Below, one piece after another: positions 1 to 9,047 of a DNA stretch of 64,000 bases. This DNA comes from a phage. A program made the translations under genes and the position numbers. Each line of letters opens with the position of its first letter. Position 1 is the first letter of the stretch. The notes beneath the pieces are model-generated. The model did not search any database, was not told the DNA's origin, and worked only from the letters and a program-made list of their open reading frames with translations. The stretch lies in sequence record OZ413489.1; one strand, given 5' to 3'.

Positions 1-1
1 A

Positions 2-400
2 ATGATTTCAGGTTTAACATGGCTGAGTAGGTATAGAGGGATCATAAAAGGTTTAGTTTTTGCAGCGGCTATAGGTACAGCTTATCTTGGGGCCGTGTAT
101 TGGTTTAACTCTAAGCTTAATGAAGCCTACCAAGAAGGTGTGTTAGCAACAGAGTTGAAGTGGGAACGGATCCTTGATCAGCAACAAAAGCAGGCCGACA
201 AAATTAAAATGGGCCACGCAGAGGAGGTTAAAAACCTTGAAAAATCCCTTTCTGATCTACAGGATAAATTAAATATAGCTGAGAGGGCAGGTAGAGAAAA
301 GCAGATTATCTACCTCCAATCGCCTGAAGGTAAGAAGTCAACACTTCCTGATCAGCTTATAGATATTTATAATGAGAGTATCAATCAGGAGGATCGATGA
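2..400 (+). CDS. i-spanin (Rz-like inner-membrane spanin)
   Basis: 132-aa ORF; N-terminal TM segment GIIKGLVFAAAIGTAYLGAVYWF then charged coiled-coil-like region; stop overlaps next start (ATGA). ATG at 2 may be the true start but upstream is outside the window. Confidence 0.45.
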   Translation: MISGLTWLSRYRGIIKGLVFAAAIGTAYLGAVYWFNSKLNEAYQEGVLATELKWERILDQQQKQADKIKMGHAEEVKNLEKSLSDLQDKLNIAERAGREKQIIYLQSPEGKKSTLPDQLIDIYNESINQEDR

Positions 401-684
401 GAGTTGCCACACTGTTTATTGCGTGCTTGTTATTATGTGGGTGTGCAACCAGCGTTGAGAGAGAATACAAGATTGACCCTCCGGATGTAGGAAGGTTGAT
501 TGTTAAACCCCCAGAAGGTGCCATGAAACCACCTGCTAAAGCTATGCCTTTGAAGAAAGGTGCGCCAGATGCAGTGAATTCTGGCATTATGAGGGATAAT
601 AATCTGTCTTGTAGCAATGATAGAGCTAAATTGATCATTTTGCAAGACTATATTAGAACACTTTTTCCAAAGGAGAGAGGTTAA
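397..684 (+). CDS. o-spanin (Rz1-like outer-membrane lipoprotein)
   Basis: 95 aa; signal peptide with lipobox-like LLLCGC; Pro-rich mature part; AGGAGG 5 nt upstream; stop overlaps terminase start (TAATG). Confidence 0.5.
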   Translation: MRVATLFIACLLLCGCATSVEREYKIDPPDVGRLIVKPPEGAMKPPAKAMPLKKGAPDAVNSGIMRDNNLSCSNDRAKLIILQDYIRTLFPKERG

Positions 685-1109
685 TGTCTAAGATTTACGG
701 ACCGTGTTCTGAAAAGCAGAAGATGATCCTAGAAAACGATGCAGATATTTTGGTAATCGGCGGTGCCGCAGGGTCTGGCAAGTCGTTCCTCTTGCAATTG
801 ATGCCACTTAAAATTATTGATGACCCCCACAGCTCTGTGGTTATGTTCCGAAGAACAACCCCACAGTTGGAAGGTGAGGGTGGATTATGGCCTAAAGCAG
901 TAGCTATTTATAGTGATCTGCCTGAAAACATTAAGCCAAAGTTTAGAGAGAAGGATCATAAGTTCATTTTTCCACGGTTTGATCCGAACACTGGCAAGTG
1001 GGATAGAAGCAAAAAGGGAGCTGTTGTAAAATACTGCCACATGGAGTATGTACAAGATAAGCTTAACCATCAGGGGCTTGAGTACACCATGGTTTGCTTC
1101 GATGAGGGT
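684..1109 (+). CDS. terL: terminase large subunit, exon 1 (ATPase N-terminal part)
   Basis: Walker A GGAAGSGKS and Walker B-like MVCFDE; frame closes with UAA at 1110-1112, which is the first codon of a group I intron. Confidence 0.8.
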
Positions 1110-1428
1110 TAATTTGTAGCTCTCGTAAAACCTCCCTAATTGCGGGGAAATCTTTATTATTGACACCACCAACCTGTCATGGTAACATGACAGAGGCTTC
1201 GAAGAGAGATCGAAGGTATGGTAACAGTGTGTTAATTTAGATAATCCGCAGCGAAGCATCCGAGAGGATGAACGTTCAACGACTAGTCGAAAGACGTAGA
1301 ATCAAGCGATTCGAAACGGGAGGGTAAGCGGTTGTTGTCGCTTATAAGATATAGTCTGGTCTGCATGGAGACATGCAGCTGCCTGAAAATGGCGGGGCAA
1401 GACTAGCGACCTTGCCCGAACATAAACG
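1110..1428 (+). ncRNA. group I intron 1 (ORF-less, self-splicing type)
   Basis: Core elements in order: P AATTGCGGGGAAA 1138-1150, Q AATCCGCAGC 1243-1252, R GTTCAACGACTAGTC 1274-1288, S AAGATATAGTC 1347-1356; GNRA-capped P9 hairpin 1361-1378; 7-bp P1 between exon 1103-1109 (UGAGGGU) and guide GCUCUCG 1119-1125 with U1109/G1119 wobble; 3' end at G1428 chosen by frame and by tail GAACAUAAACG shared with intron 2; alternative 3' sites 1443, 1446, 1449, 1461. Confidence 0.7.
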
Positions 1429-1745
1429 ACACAATTCGAATGGGAGCAGATAGACTATCTGATGTCTCGTCTGCGATCTCAGTCAAAGTATCCATCAAGA
1501 ATGGTTATCAGCTGTAACCCAGATTCAGAACACATGCTTGCCAAACTGGTTAGATGGTGGTTGGACGATGAAGGGTATCCAGATCCGGAGAAATGCGGTA
1601 AGAAAAGATATTTTATCCGACGCGACGGTGAATTTATCTGGGGAGACTCTAAAGAAGAGTTGATAGAGAAATACACCACGGTTAACGGACTGGGTGTGGA
1701 GATCAAGCCAAGACCGTTGTCATTCTCGTTCATAGGCGCAACCAT
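1429..1745 (+). CDS. terL: terminase large subunit, exon 2
   Basis: In frame with exon 1 when joined at 1109/1429; gives ...VCFDEG/TQFEWEQIDYLMSRLRSQSKYPSRMVISCNPD..., with DE-to-P spacing matching T4-type terminases (recollection); ends in a split codon AU at 1745. Confidence 0.6.
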
Positions 1746-2013
1746 TAAATAATAGTGGCTTCGTGCAGAAATGCACGTCGAATAACTTCGTTAATTGCTG
1801 GAAAATCCGATTGCTAAACGGACAATCAGCAGCCAAGCCTGAATATTCAGGAAGGTTCAACGACTATCCCGAGAGGGAGTAGGGCGCAAGCTTATGGCGC
1901 TCGAAAAGCGAAGCACCCTGAAAGGGGTGGTGATATAGTCTACTCTGCATGGTAACATGCAGCAGCACGTAATGGTGCGGAGGGTGGTGTTGCGACCACC
2001 TTTGAATATAAGG
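1746..2013 (+). ncRNA. group I intron 2 (ORF-less, paralogous to intron 1)
   Basis: P AATTGCTGGAAA 1793-1804, Q AATCAGCAGC 1824-1833, R GTTCAACGACTA 1855-1866, S GATATAGTC 1932-1940; GAAA-capped hairpin 1762-1777; P9 hairpin 1945-1962 (GUAA loop); 4-bp P1 exon CCAU 1742-1745 with GUGG 1755-1758; 3' end G2013 after tail GAAUAUAAGG; alternative 3' site G2031. Confidence 0.65.
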
Positions 2014-2818
2014 ATTCGATAATCCTGTCTGTTTGAGAGACAACCCAGAATACCTTGCTTTCCTTGAAGGTCTGCCGGAACTGGAAAAAGCTCAGCTTCT
2101 TCATGGTAACTGGTTTGCAAAGCCTGAGGGTGCAAACTATTTTCAAAGATCTTTCCTTCGTGATGCCGATAGAGTACCCCTTGGATCAGTATCTTGCAGG
2201 GCATGGGATAAGGCAGGAACCGAGAGAACTTCCGGTAATAAATTTCCTGACTTTACCGCCAGTATTAAGGTAAGTAAAGATAGCGACGGCTTTTATTACC
2301 TGTCCGGTGATTATTGTCCTGAGAACGTGGATGACGGGAGGTATTCCACAGGTCTGGAAGGCAAGTTCTGTAAAAAGGCTGGTGAACGAGATGTGATCAT
2401 CAGGAAACAGGCGCAGTTCGATGGTGATGATTGCATAATCGTCTTCTCTGTGGACCCAGGTCAGGCAGGTAAGAGTGAGTTCTTAACCTCATCCAGATCC
2501 TTGCTCGCCGAAGGGTTCAGGGTTGAAGAAGACCCAATGCCTTCCAACAAATCTAAACTGACAAGGTTCTCACCTTTTGCCAATCTTGCACAACAAGGAA
2601 TGGTGAGGATTGTAAAATCCAGTTTCCATCCTGATACTCTGGAAGCATTTCTGACTGAACTTGAAAAATTCAACGGGGAAAGATCAACATTTAACAGAAA
2701 AGACGACTGGGCCGACTGTGTAGCTTCTGCGATTAATTTCCTAGAGAAAGAGGAGGTAGCACTTCCTTGTGTGATTCCATCAATCTCATCACCTTCTATG
2801 TTCAAGCGTTTTATCTAA
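2014..2818 (+). CDS. terL: terminase large subunit, exon 3 (C-terminal nuclease-domain region)
   Basis: Joined 1745/2014 the codon AU+A reads Ile and continues FDNPVCLRDNPEYLAFLEGL...; spliced product about 515 aa; stop 2816-2818. Confidence 0.6.
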
Positions 2819-2821
2819 GTG

Positions 2822-2850
2822 TTGCCAATCTTAATTAGATGTGGTACAAT
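2822..2850 (+). promoter_or_regulatory. sigma70-like promoter, TTGCCA-17-TGgTACAAT
   Basis: -35 2822-2827, 17-nt spacer, TG-extended -10 2845-2850; upstream of portal gene. Confidence 0.45.
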
Positions 2851-2867
2851 AAAGTAATTGGAGATAC

Positions 2868-2896
2868 TAGCCCTCTGACGAGGGCTATTTTGTTAT
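2868..2896 (+). promoter_or_regulatory. 5' leader stem-loop (terminator-like) upstream of portal gene
   Basis: TAGCCCTC-TGAC-GAGGGCTA then TTTTGTTAT, between promoter and GTG start of portal. Confidence 0.35.
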
Positions 2897-2918
2897 ACTG
2901 TTTTGAGGGGTAAAGCTT

Positions 2919-4475
2919 GTGTCCAAAAAGAACCGCAGGAAACACAACGCCACAGCCAAAACTGTGAATAAATCTGGGAACGCAGGCGCACCAACTCATA
3001 ATGTTCGTATGAGTGAGATCGGTTCTGGCGCACTTTCCCAAATTATGGCAGAATCGCAATCTATGATGGTTGAGGAATTGCGTTGGCCTCAGCTGATTGC
3101 CACAGTGGAGACTATGAAATGTGATTCCACAGTTGCTACTGCCTTAGATACAAAATATGTTTTCATCACGAAAGCATTCAATGATTTTAAGATCCTTTAT
3201 AATGTTAAAAGTGAAGACTCTAAGAAAGCTGCCGAGCTTATAGAGTATTCTTTGCGTAATTTGGCAAACCAACAAACTCTTCGAGATATTGCAAGAAGCG
3301 CAGCTACCTTTAACGAGTATGGTTTTTCACTGTTTGAGAAAGTATACCGCAGAGAGAAAGAAGGTAAATATGCCGGGATGCTTCTTATCGATAAAATTGC
3401 ATTCCGACCTCAGGCCAGCCTGTCCAGATCAGAGCCGTTTGTTTTTGATAAGAATAGCAGAACACTGACAGGTATTTATCAGTCACCTAATGCATTTCTA
3501 AACACTCAGAATGCACGCTGGGCTGGACCTCTTGCTGCAATGCCTTCAAAAAGCTTTAATGAGCCTGAAATTTTCATCCCTGCTAAAAAGCTTATGCTCA
3601 TGACCCTGTCAGGAACAGAATCTAACCCTGCAGGTGTGTCACCGATGATAGGTTGCTACAGATCTTTCCGTGAGAAAGTTCTGATTGAAAACCTTGAGGT
3701 TGTTGGCTGTTCCAAAGACCTTGGTGGTGTGCTTGAGCTGAAAATTCCTTCCAATATTTTGAACAAGGCCAGCATTGACCCGAATTCAATGGAAGGGAGA
3801 ATGGTTGCAGATCTTATGCTTGACGCAGCAAACGCCCATAGTGGTGAGCAAAGTTTCTTTATACTTCCGTCTGATAGAGATAAGTCTGGTAAAGAGCTTT
3901 ACTCCATGACCCTGAAGGGGGTTGACGGTATGGGTAAGCAGTATTCCACTAAAGATTTGATTGATGCCCGTAAGAAGGCGATTCTTGACCGTTTCGGTGC
4001 TGGCTTTATTAACCTCGGTAACGATAACGTTGGATCCTTCTCTCTGTCTGAGTCAAAACAGTCTATCCATGGTCATTTTGTTCAGCGTGATATAGATATT
4101 ATCACTGAAGCCTTCAATAAGGATCTTATTCCACAGCTTCTGGCATTGAATGGTATCATCCTTGAAGATGATGATATGCCTAAACTGAAACCTGGTCTGA
4201 TTGAAGAAGTGGATATGGAGAGCTTCTCCAAGTTTGTCCAGAGGATCGGTGCTGTAGGTTACTTGCCAAAAACTCCTGCAGTAATTAATAAGATTCTTGA
4301 AGTAGGCGGGTTTGATGAAAGATTTGACGAGGACATGGATCAGGAAGAGCTGATGAAGCTCTTGGGCCAGGACATCAGTAGAGCTGGTGATGGAATGGCT
4401 GCAGGATCCACTGGCAACGGCACTTCTAAGATATCATCAACCAGAGATAATTCCATATCCAACATGGAAAATTAA
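2919..4475 (+). CDS. portal protein
   Basis: 518 aa, GTG start with GAGGGG RBS; immediately after terminase; size and position typical of portal. Confidence 0.65.
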   Translation: MSKKNRRKHNATAKTVNKSGNAGAPTHNVRMSEIGSGALSQIMAESQSMMVEELRWPQLIATVETMKCDSTVATALDTKYVFITKAFNDFKILYNVKSEDSKKAAELIEYSLRNLANQQTLRDIARSAATFNEYGFSLFEKVYRREKEGKYAGMLLIDKIAFRPQASLSRSEPFVFDKNSRTLTGIYQSPNAFLNTQNARWAGPLAAMPSKSFNEPEIFIPAKKLMLMTLSGTESNPAGVSPMIGCYRSFREKVLIENLEVVGCSKDLGGVLELKIPSNILNKASIDPNSMEGRMVADLMLDAANAHSGEQSFFILPSDRDKSGKELYSMTLKGVDGMGKQYSTKDLIDARKKAILDRFGAGFINLGNDNVGSFSLSESKQSIHGHFVQRDIDIITEAFNKDLIPQLLALNGIILEDDDMPKLKPGLIEEVDMESFSKFVQRIGAVGYLPKTPAVINKILEVGGFDERFDEDMDQEELMKLLGQDISRAGDGMAAGSTGNGTSKISSTRDNSISNMEN

Positions 4476-4542
4476 AAATTATCAACACAGGTGGTTGCAA
4501 AACCTCCTTTGGCGTGATAAAATAATCCACATGGGGAATAAG

Positions 4543-4962
4543 ATGCCACAGGAAGAAATGATTTCCTACGAAATCATCTACGAGCCTGACACTAAAGATG
4601 CTCACGGTGAGTGGATGAGTAAAGACACCATCAAAAAGGCTAAAGATAACTGGGACGCAGCATACGCTGCAGGCCTAGTTTCTGAAAACCTTTTCCACTT
4701 GACCTCTACAGATGCTTTCACTATTGAAAAGACGTGGATTCAAGAAGAGTTTGATGTTGTAGTAATTGGCACTGAGCAGGTCATCAAGGCTGGCTCTTGG
4801 GTTGCTAAAGTTAAATACAATAATCCTGAATTATGGGAAGCTAAGAAGGCTGGCATTGTTGGTGGCCTAAGCATTCAGGCAACAGGTAATGTTGATGAAG
4901 AAACTGGTGAAATTACCAACGTAAACTTCGGGATCAGTGTTGTAGAAGAGGGCAATGAATAA
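4543..4962 (+). CDS. head morphogenesis protein (function unknown)
   Basis: Track ORF 4387-4962 overlaps portal; ATG 4543 with GGGGA RBS chosen as start (139 aa); lies between portal and scaffold. Confidence 0.4.
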   Translation: MPQEEMISYEIIYEPDTKDAHGEWMSKDTIKKAKDNWDAAYAAGLVSENLFHLTSTDAFTIEKTWIQEEFDVVVIGTEQVIKAGSWVAKVKYNNPELWEAKKAGIVGGLSIQATGNVDEETGEITNVNFGISVVEEGNE

Positions 4963-5939
4963 TGTCTGAAAAAACGATTACTATTAAAGAGAAGGGGATT
5001 GCCCTGTGCCATAAGGCGCAAGGCTATAGCGCTAACAACAGACCTGTATCTCTTTTGATGAAGAGTGATCTTAAGCCTGAGCAGTTAACAGACGATATTG
5101 TTAAGGCACTTCGCCAAGTTACTGTGGAGCTTAGCTTTGAAGAATACCTGCGTCGTTTCTTCGATATGTGGTATGATGATGCTAAAGCACTTGCACACAT
5201 GCTTGGTTTTGAGATTGAAGAGGAGGCTTGGGCTAAAGAGCATCCTGATTGGGAATGGGCGCAAGCTGACGCAGAGTCTTGTATTGCATGGCTGGAAGAG
5301 CGTTGTGATAACGTGACCATTCATAAGGCTGCAAAAGAAGGCAAGCAGCTTAGTGTGGTAGATCAGTACAGCCTGTTAAAAACACAACAGATTTTTGAAC
5401 AAGTAACCGCTGATCTCTTCGATAAAGAAGGGAACCTGATCAAGGCGGTACAGGAACCTGCTGAGGTGGATAAAACTACCGAGGTGGATGATGTTGCAAA
5501 ATCCGCAAATACCGAGGAGAATCCGGTGGACGTAACCAAAACTAAAGAGTATCTGGATCTGCTGAAGCAAGTAGAAGAGCTGAAAGCAACCCAGAGTAAA
5601 GCTGAAGAAATCATCAAGGCCCAGGTTGAAGTTGAAAAAGCTAAAATGCTGACTAAGGCTCAAGCTTTAAGCTTTGTTGGTGAAGAAGATCACGCAACCC
5701 TGGTTGACTTCATGCTGGAAAAAGCTAACGAACCTATCGTAGCTATGCTGGAGAAAGCTCAAGCAAAAATTGAAGAGCTGGAAGCAGAGGTGCATAAAAC
5801 TAAAGAAGAGTTTGCCACCACTGAACATGGTAATGATGGCGAACCTGTTGTGGATGATATTGCGAAATCCGCAGAAGAAATTCTTGCTGAAAACGTTGCA
5901 AAAGCACTTGCTCGTGCACGTGCAGAATCTAACAAATAA
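4962..5939 (+). CDS. capsid scaffolding protein
   Basis: 325 aa, acidic, Ala/Glu/Lys-rich coiled-coil character with internal repeats; just upstream of major capsid gene; TAATG coupling. Confidence 0.55.
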   Translation: MSEKTITIKEKGIALCHKAQGYSANNRPVSLLMKSDLKPEQLTDDIVKALRQVTVELSFEEYLRRFFDMWYDDAKALAHMLGFEIEEEAWAKEHPDWEWAQADAESCIAWLEERCDNVTIHKAAKEGKQLSVVDQYSLLKTQQIFEQVTADLFDKEGNLIKAVQEPAEVDKTTEVDDVAKSANTEENPVDVTKTKEYLDLLKQVEELKATQSKAEEIIKAQVEVEKAKMLTKAQALSFVGEEDHATLVDFMLEKANEPIVAMLEKAQAKIEELEAEVHKTKEEFATTEHGNDGEPVVDDIAKSAEEILAENVAKALARARAESNK

Positions 5940-5959
5940 GACATTAACGGGGGAAATAA

Positions 5960-6349
5960 ATGATTACCGCTCAATATTCTGATATCGTGCTCGGCAAAGT
6001 TGATTCTAGCGATGCTGGCTACAATTTTAAAGAGATGGAAATTACACTGACAGAGCACCACCATGCGGGTACTGTTGTAACAAAAACTGGCACTATCGCT
6101 AACGATGATGGCTCAGACGTTTATGGTGTTCTTGTAGACCGAGCTTTGGTAAAAGATGCAGGAAAAGTTCATCTTGCTGAGCCTCTGCAAACAGGTCAGA
6201 AATATAAACTAGTTGTCGCAGTTCACGGTGTTACCTTTGCAAAAGATAAGCTGCTGGGGTCTAACGGTGAAGCAGCTAAGCAGGCTGTTCTTGAAAAGCT
6301 GGAAGCTCTGGGTAACAAAGTTCACGTCCAGACTCTTGGTGAAGAGTAA
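5960..6349 (+). CDS. small head protein (possible decoration or auxiliary capsid protein)
   Basis: 129 aa; GGGGGAAATAAATG RBS; between scaffold and major capsid genes. Confidence 0.35.
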   Translation: MITAQYSDIVLGKVDSSDAGYNFKEMEITLTEHHHAGTVVTKTGTIANDDGSDVYGVLVDRALVKDAGKVHLAEPLQTGQKYKLVVAVHGVTFAKDKLLGSNGEAAKQAVLEKLEALGNKVHVQTLGEE

Positions 6350-6397
6350 GTCCTAAATTGTTCGGGAAAATATTTAAGTTTTACTTTGGAGAAATAA

Positions 6398-7405
6398 ATG
6401 ATTACTCGTAAAGATGAATTTGGCATTGTTGATTTAGGTGCTACTCTGGACCTTGTTCCACGTCAATTCCGCCTGATTACTGGTATGGATCTGTTCGAAA
6501 CCCGTCTCGGCACCTCAACAATTGCTCAGATTGAGCGTGTTGATGAAGTTGTAACCGACATTCCGGCACGCCGTCGTGGTGGTGAGCGTAACTACGTTGG
6601 TAGTGAACGTGCTCAGGTTAAAAACCTGAACATCCCGTTCTTCCCTCTGGACAAAGGCATCACTGCCGCAGATGTTCAGAACTTCCGTCGTTACTTCACT
6701 CCTGATGCTCCGAAAACTGTTCAGGACGTAGTAACCCGCGTTGTTCGCCGTATCCGTGTTTCTCATGAAGCACTGCGTGAGAAAGCGCTGTTCCAGGCTA
6801 TTCTGGGTAAATCCTATGCACCTGGTGACACCACCTGTCAGTATGATTACTACACTCTGTGGGGTGTGTCTCAGAAGTCTGTTGAGATCGACCCTGCAAA
6901 AGCAGATCAGGATCCTATGGAGGTTCTGGAAGAAGCTCGTCTGCACATCGCACTGCAAGCTGGTGATAACGCAGCTGGCTATCGCATTGTAGCTCTGTGC
7001 TCACCGGAGTTCTTCAGTGCTGTTACTCATCACCCGCTGGTAGAACTGGCATACACCTATTACGGCTCTGCTCAGGAACCTCTGCGTCGCCGTCTGGGTG
7101 CTGGCGGTCAAGACAGCGTATACCGTGTGTTTGAGCATAAAGGTATCACCTTTATCGAAGATATCTCTGGCAATATTCCTAAGAAAGAAGCTCGCATTCT
7201 GCCGATGGGTATTGATCAGATGTTCCAGCTGCACTTTGCTCCGGCAGACGATGTTAACGAAGCAAACACTCCAGCACAGGAACTGTACATGTGGTATAAA
7301 CACTCTGCATACCTGCGTGAAGAGAAGATTGAATCTGAAACTTCCATGCTGGCAGTTAACACCCGTCCAGAGCTGGTTGTTAAAGCAACTCTGAAAGGTG
7401 AATAA
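6398..7405 (+). CDS. major capsid protein
   Basis: 335 aa; GGAGA RBS; biased codon use typical of a highly expressed gene; followed by a strong intrinsic terminator; position after scaffold. Confidence 0.6.
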   Translation: MITRKDEFGIVDLGATLDLVPRQFRLITGMDLFETRLGTSTIAQIERVDEVVTDIPARRRGGERNYVGSERAQVKNLNIPFFPLDKGITAADVQNFRRYFTPDAPKTVQDVVTRVVRRIRVSHEALREKALFQAILGKSYAPGDTTCQYDYYTLWGVSQKSVEIDPAKADQDPMEVLEEARLHIALQAGDNAAGYRIVALCSPEFFSAVTHHPLVELAYTYYGSAQEPLRRRLGAGGQDSVYRVFEHKGITFIEDISGNIPKKEARILPMGIDQMFQLHFAPADDVNEANTPAQELYMWYKHSAYLREEKIESETSMLAVNTRPELVVKATLKGE

Positions 7406-7429
7406 TCACTAAGGTGATTCATCCCATAT

Positions 7430-7462
7430 GGGGAGGGGGTTCTCCCCCTCCCCTTTTTATTT
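7430..7462 (+). terminator. rho-independent terminator
   Basis: GGGGAGGGGG-TTCT-CCCCCTCCCC then TTTTTATTTATT. Confidence 0.75.
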
Positions 7463-7486
7463 ATTAGGGTTTAACAGGAGTGTCCC

Positions 7487-8332
7487 GTGAAGAGAGCCGT
7501 ATATCCAGTTGAGTATGATCCTCTATTAAGAGTTTTCAACAATCAGTTAAGTTTTTATCAATTTTTAGCACAATATAATCCAGAAATCAATGTTGGTTTA
7601 TCAGCCCTGCTGCCACCAACAGAGTTCGTTATTGGCAGTGTTCACTATCCATGCAGAACGATTGTAGACTTCTTCGAGAAGATTGCAAAACACACAGGCC
7701 TGCCAATTGATACTGGTATTTCAACTATCCGTATGGGTGTTATTCTTCTGTTCTTCACAGAGAACCTTGATGAAAGCACTTTAACACTGCAAAGCGGGGA
7801 TGTCAATATTACACTCACTCCGTCAGTGTTTAAAGAGGTAGATGCTGCTTTCAAAGTTTCCGTGGCAGAGGGCCATCTGTGGGACCCTGAAGGTATGCCT
7901 AAAAAAGTGACCATAAACGATGAGCAATGCAACATTGTTTATGAAGAAGATACCCAAACTTTCACCATCGAGTGGCCTAAGAAACGTTCTCAGGTTGTAA
8001 ATCTTGGGCTGGTTTCTACAGTAGCTCCACTGCCTGAACCAGAGCCGGAGCCACCTGTAGGTCCTACTGAACCAGGTGGTGGCGGTGAAGAATCCCCAGA
8101 TCCGGCTGCACCGGGAGGCACTGAGCAGGATCCTGAACAGGCACAAGAATCAAGATCTTCTCGCAGTGATGTTGATGCCATACTGCAGCAGGCCGCAGCT
8201 CTTAACAACGAAGATGACAAAAGTGGTTCAAAAGATGCACTCCAAACCTTCGCCAAAGAGCACGGTGTTATCTTAAGTAAGGCAAAAACTTTCCAAAATA
8301 TGATGAAAGATTTTGAGGCTGCACTGGCATAA
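7487..8332 (+). CDS. virion protein with Pro/Glu-rich linker (function unknown)
   Basis: 281 aa; GTG start with AGGAG RBS; low-complexity PLPEPEPEPPVGPTEPGGGGEESPDPAAPGG segment. Confidence 0.4.
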   Translation: MKRAVYPVEYDPLLRVFNNQLSFYQFLAQYNPEINVGLSALLPPTEFVIGSVHYPCRTIVDFFEKIAKHTGLPIDTGISTIRMGVILLFFTENLDESTLTLQSGDVNITLTPSVFKEVDAAFKVSVAEGHLWDPEGMPKKVTINDEQCNIVYEEDTQTFTIEWPKKRSQVVNLGLVSTVAPLPEPEPEPPVGPTEPGGGGEESPDPAAPGGTEQDPEQAQESRSSRSDVDAILQQAAALNNEDDKSGSKDALQTFAKEHGVILSKAKTFQNMMKDFEAALA

Positions 8333-8342
8333 TTTTGTTAAG

Positions 8343-8377
8343 GCCCCTTCCAAATCAGGAATGGGGCTTTATTTTTA
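8343..8377 (+). terminator. rho-independent terminator
   Basis: GCCCCTTCC...GGAATGGGGC stem then TTTATTTTT. Confidence 0.6.
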
Positions 8378-8391
8378 CGAGGTATTTTCAA

Positions 8392-9012
8392 ATGGCATGG
8401 TATGAAGATGAAGAGATTATCCAGTCACCGCCTAACCATGATGGTGTAGTCGATACCCCAGAAGAACCACCAAAAGAAGATCCTGTACCTCCGGAACCTG
8501 ATCCAGACCAACCTCTTATTAATATTATGAGGTTGTTGCTTGGCAATGTTGATGAGGAAACCCTCCCTGATGAGGTAATTAAAACATTCCTTGACATGGA
8601 GAAGTTGAAACTAAATTATCCGGCAGATCCTGATAAGCTACCTCTACTTAAGTACAATGTGCTTGTGCAGCTGGTGCGGTGGCTGATGATGCAGGAAGTG
8701 TCCAGCGGTAATGCAAGTATAACTTCCCGTCTGGAAAAAATAGGTGATGAGACCATAGAGATTCGTGGTGGATCTTCCTACGCCCAATGGAAGGATTTCC
8801 TTGATTGGCTGCTGGCACACCCAGACTATGTAGATTCTGAGCTAGATGCTTACAGCAGAATGATTATCATTGGTGGTGTTCGTGTAGACGAAGGAATTCG
8901 GGTTAAATTTAATGAAAACAGCAACGGACCGTTCGATGTCCAGGGGATTACACCTATCAGCGGTCTAAATAACCAACCTCCTCGCCACCCAAGACGCAAA
9001 CGCAGTTTTTAA
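8392..9012 (+). CDS. hypothetical structural protein
   Basis: Track ORF 8335-9012 trimmed to in-frame ATG 8392 (MAWYEDEE...) because the upstream part overlaps the terminator; Pro-rich acidic N-terminus. Confidence 0.4.
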   Translation: MAWYEDEEIIQSPPNHDGVVDTPEEPPKEDPVPPEPDPDQPLINIMRLLLGNVDEETLPDEVIKTFLDMEKLKLNYPADPDKLPLLKYNVLVQLVRWLMMQEVSSGNASITSRLEKIGDETIEIRGGSSYAQWKDFLDWLLAHPDYVDSELDAYSRMIIIGGVRVDEGIRVKFNENSNGPFDVQGITPISGLNNQPPRHPRRKRSF

Positions 9013-9018
9013 AAATTG

Positions 9019-9047
9019 TTGCTTTTGATGTATCTTTGTGGTAAAAT
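9019..9047 (+). promoter_or_regulatory. sigma70-like promoter, TTGCTT-17-TGgTAAAAT
   Basis: -35 9019-9024, -10 9042-9047 preceded by TGG. Confidence 0.45.

Noticed and set aside
885-1259. Minus-strand ORF (124 aa) overlapping terminase exon 1 and intron 1, as a possible intron-encoded homing endonuclease
   Set aside because: It is antisense to the terminase exon, spans the exon-intron boundary and has no nuclease motifs; both introns are too short to carry an endonuclease gene
4387-4542. 5' extension of track ORF 4387-4962 overlapping the portal gene by 89 nt
   Set aside because: Extension has no RBS and overlaps portal coding sequence; in-frame ATG at 4543 with GGGGA RBS lies just after the portal stop
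8335-8391. 5' extension of track ORF 8335-9012
   Set aside because: The extension lies within the terminator hairpin of the upstream gene and starts at a non-ATG codon; ATG 8392 is preferred
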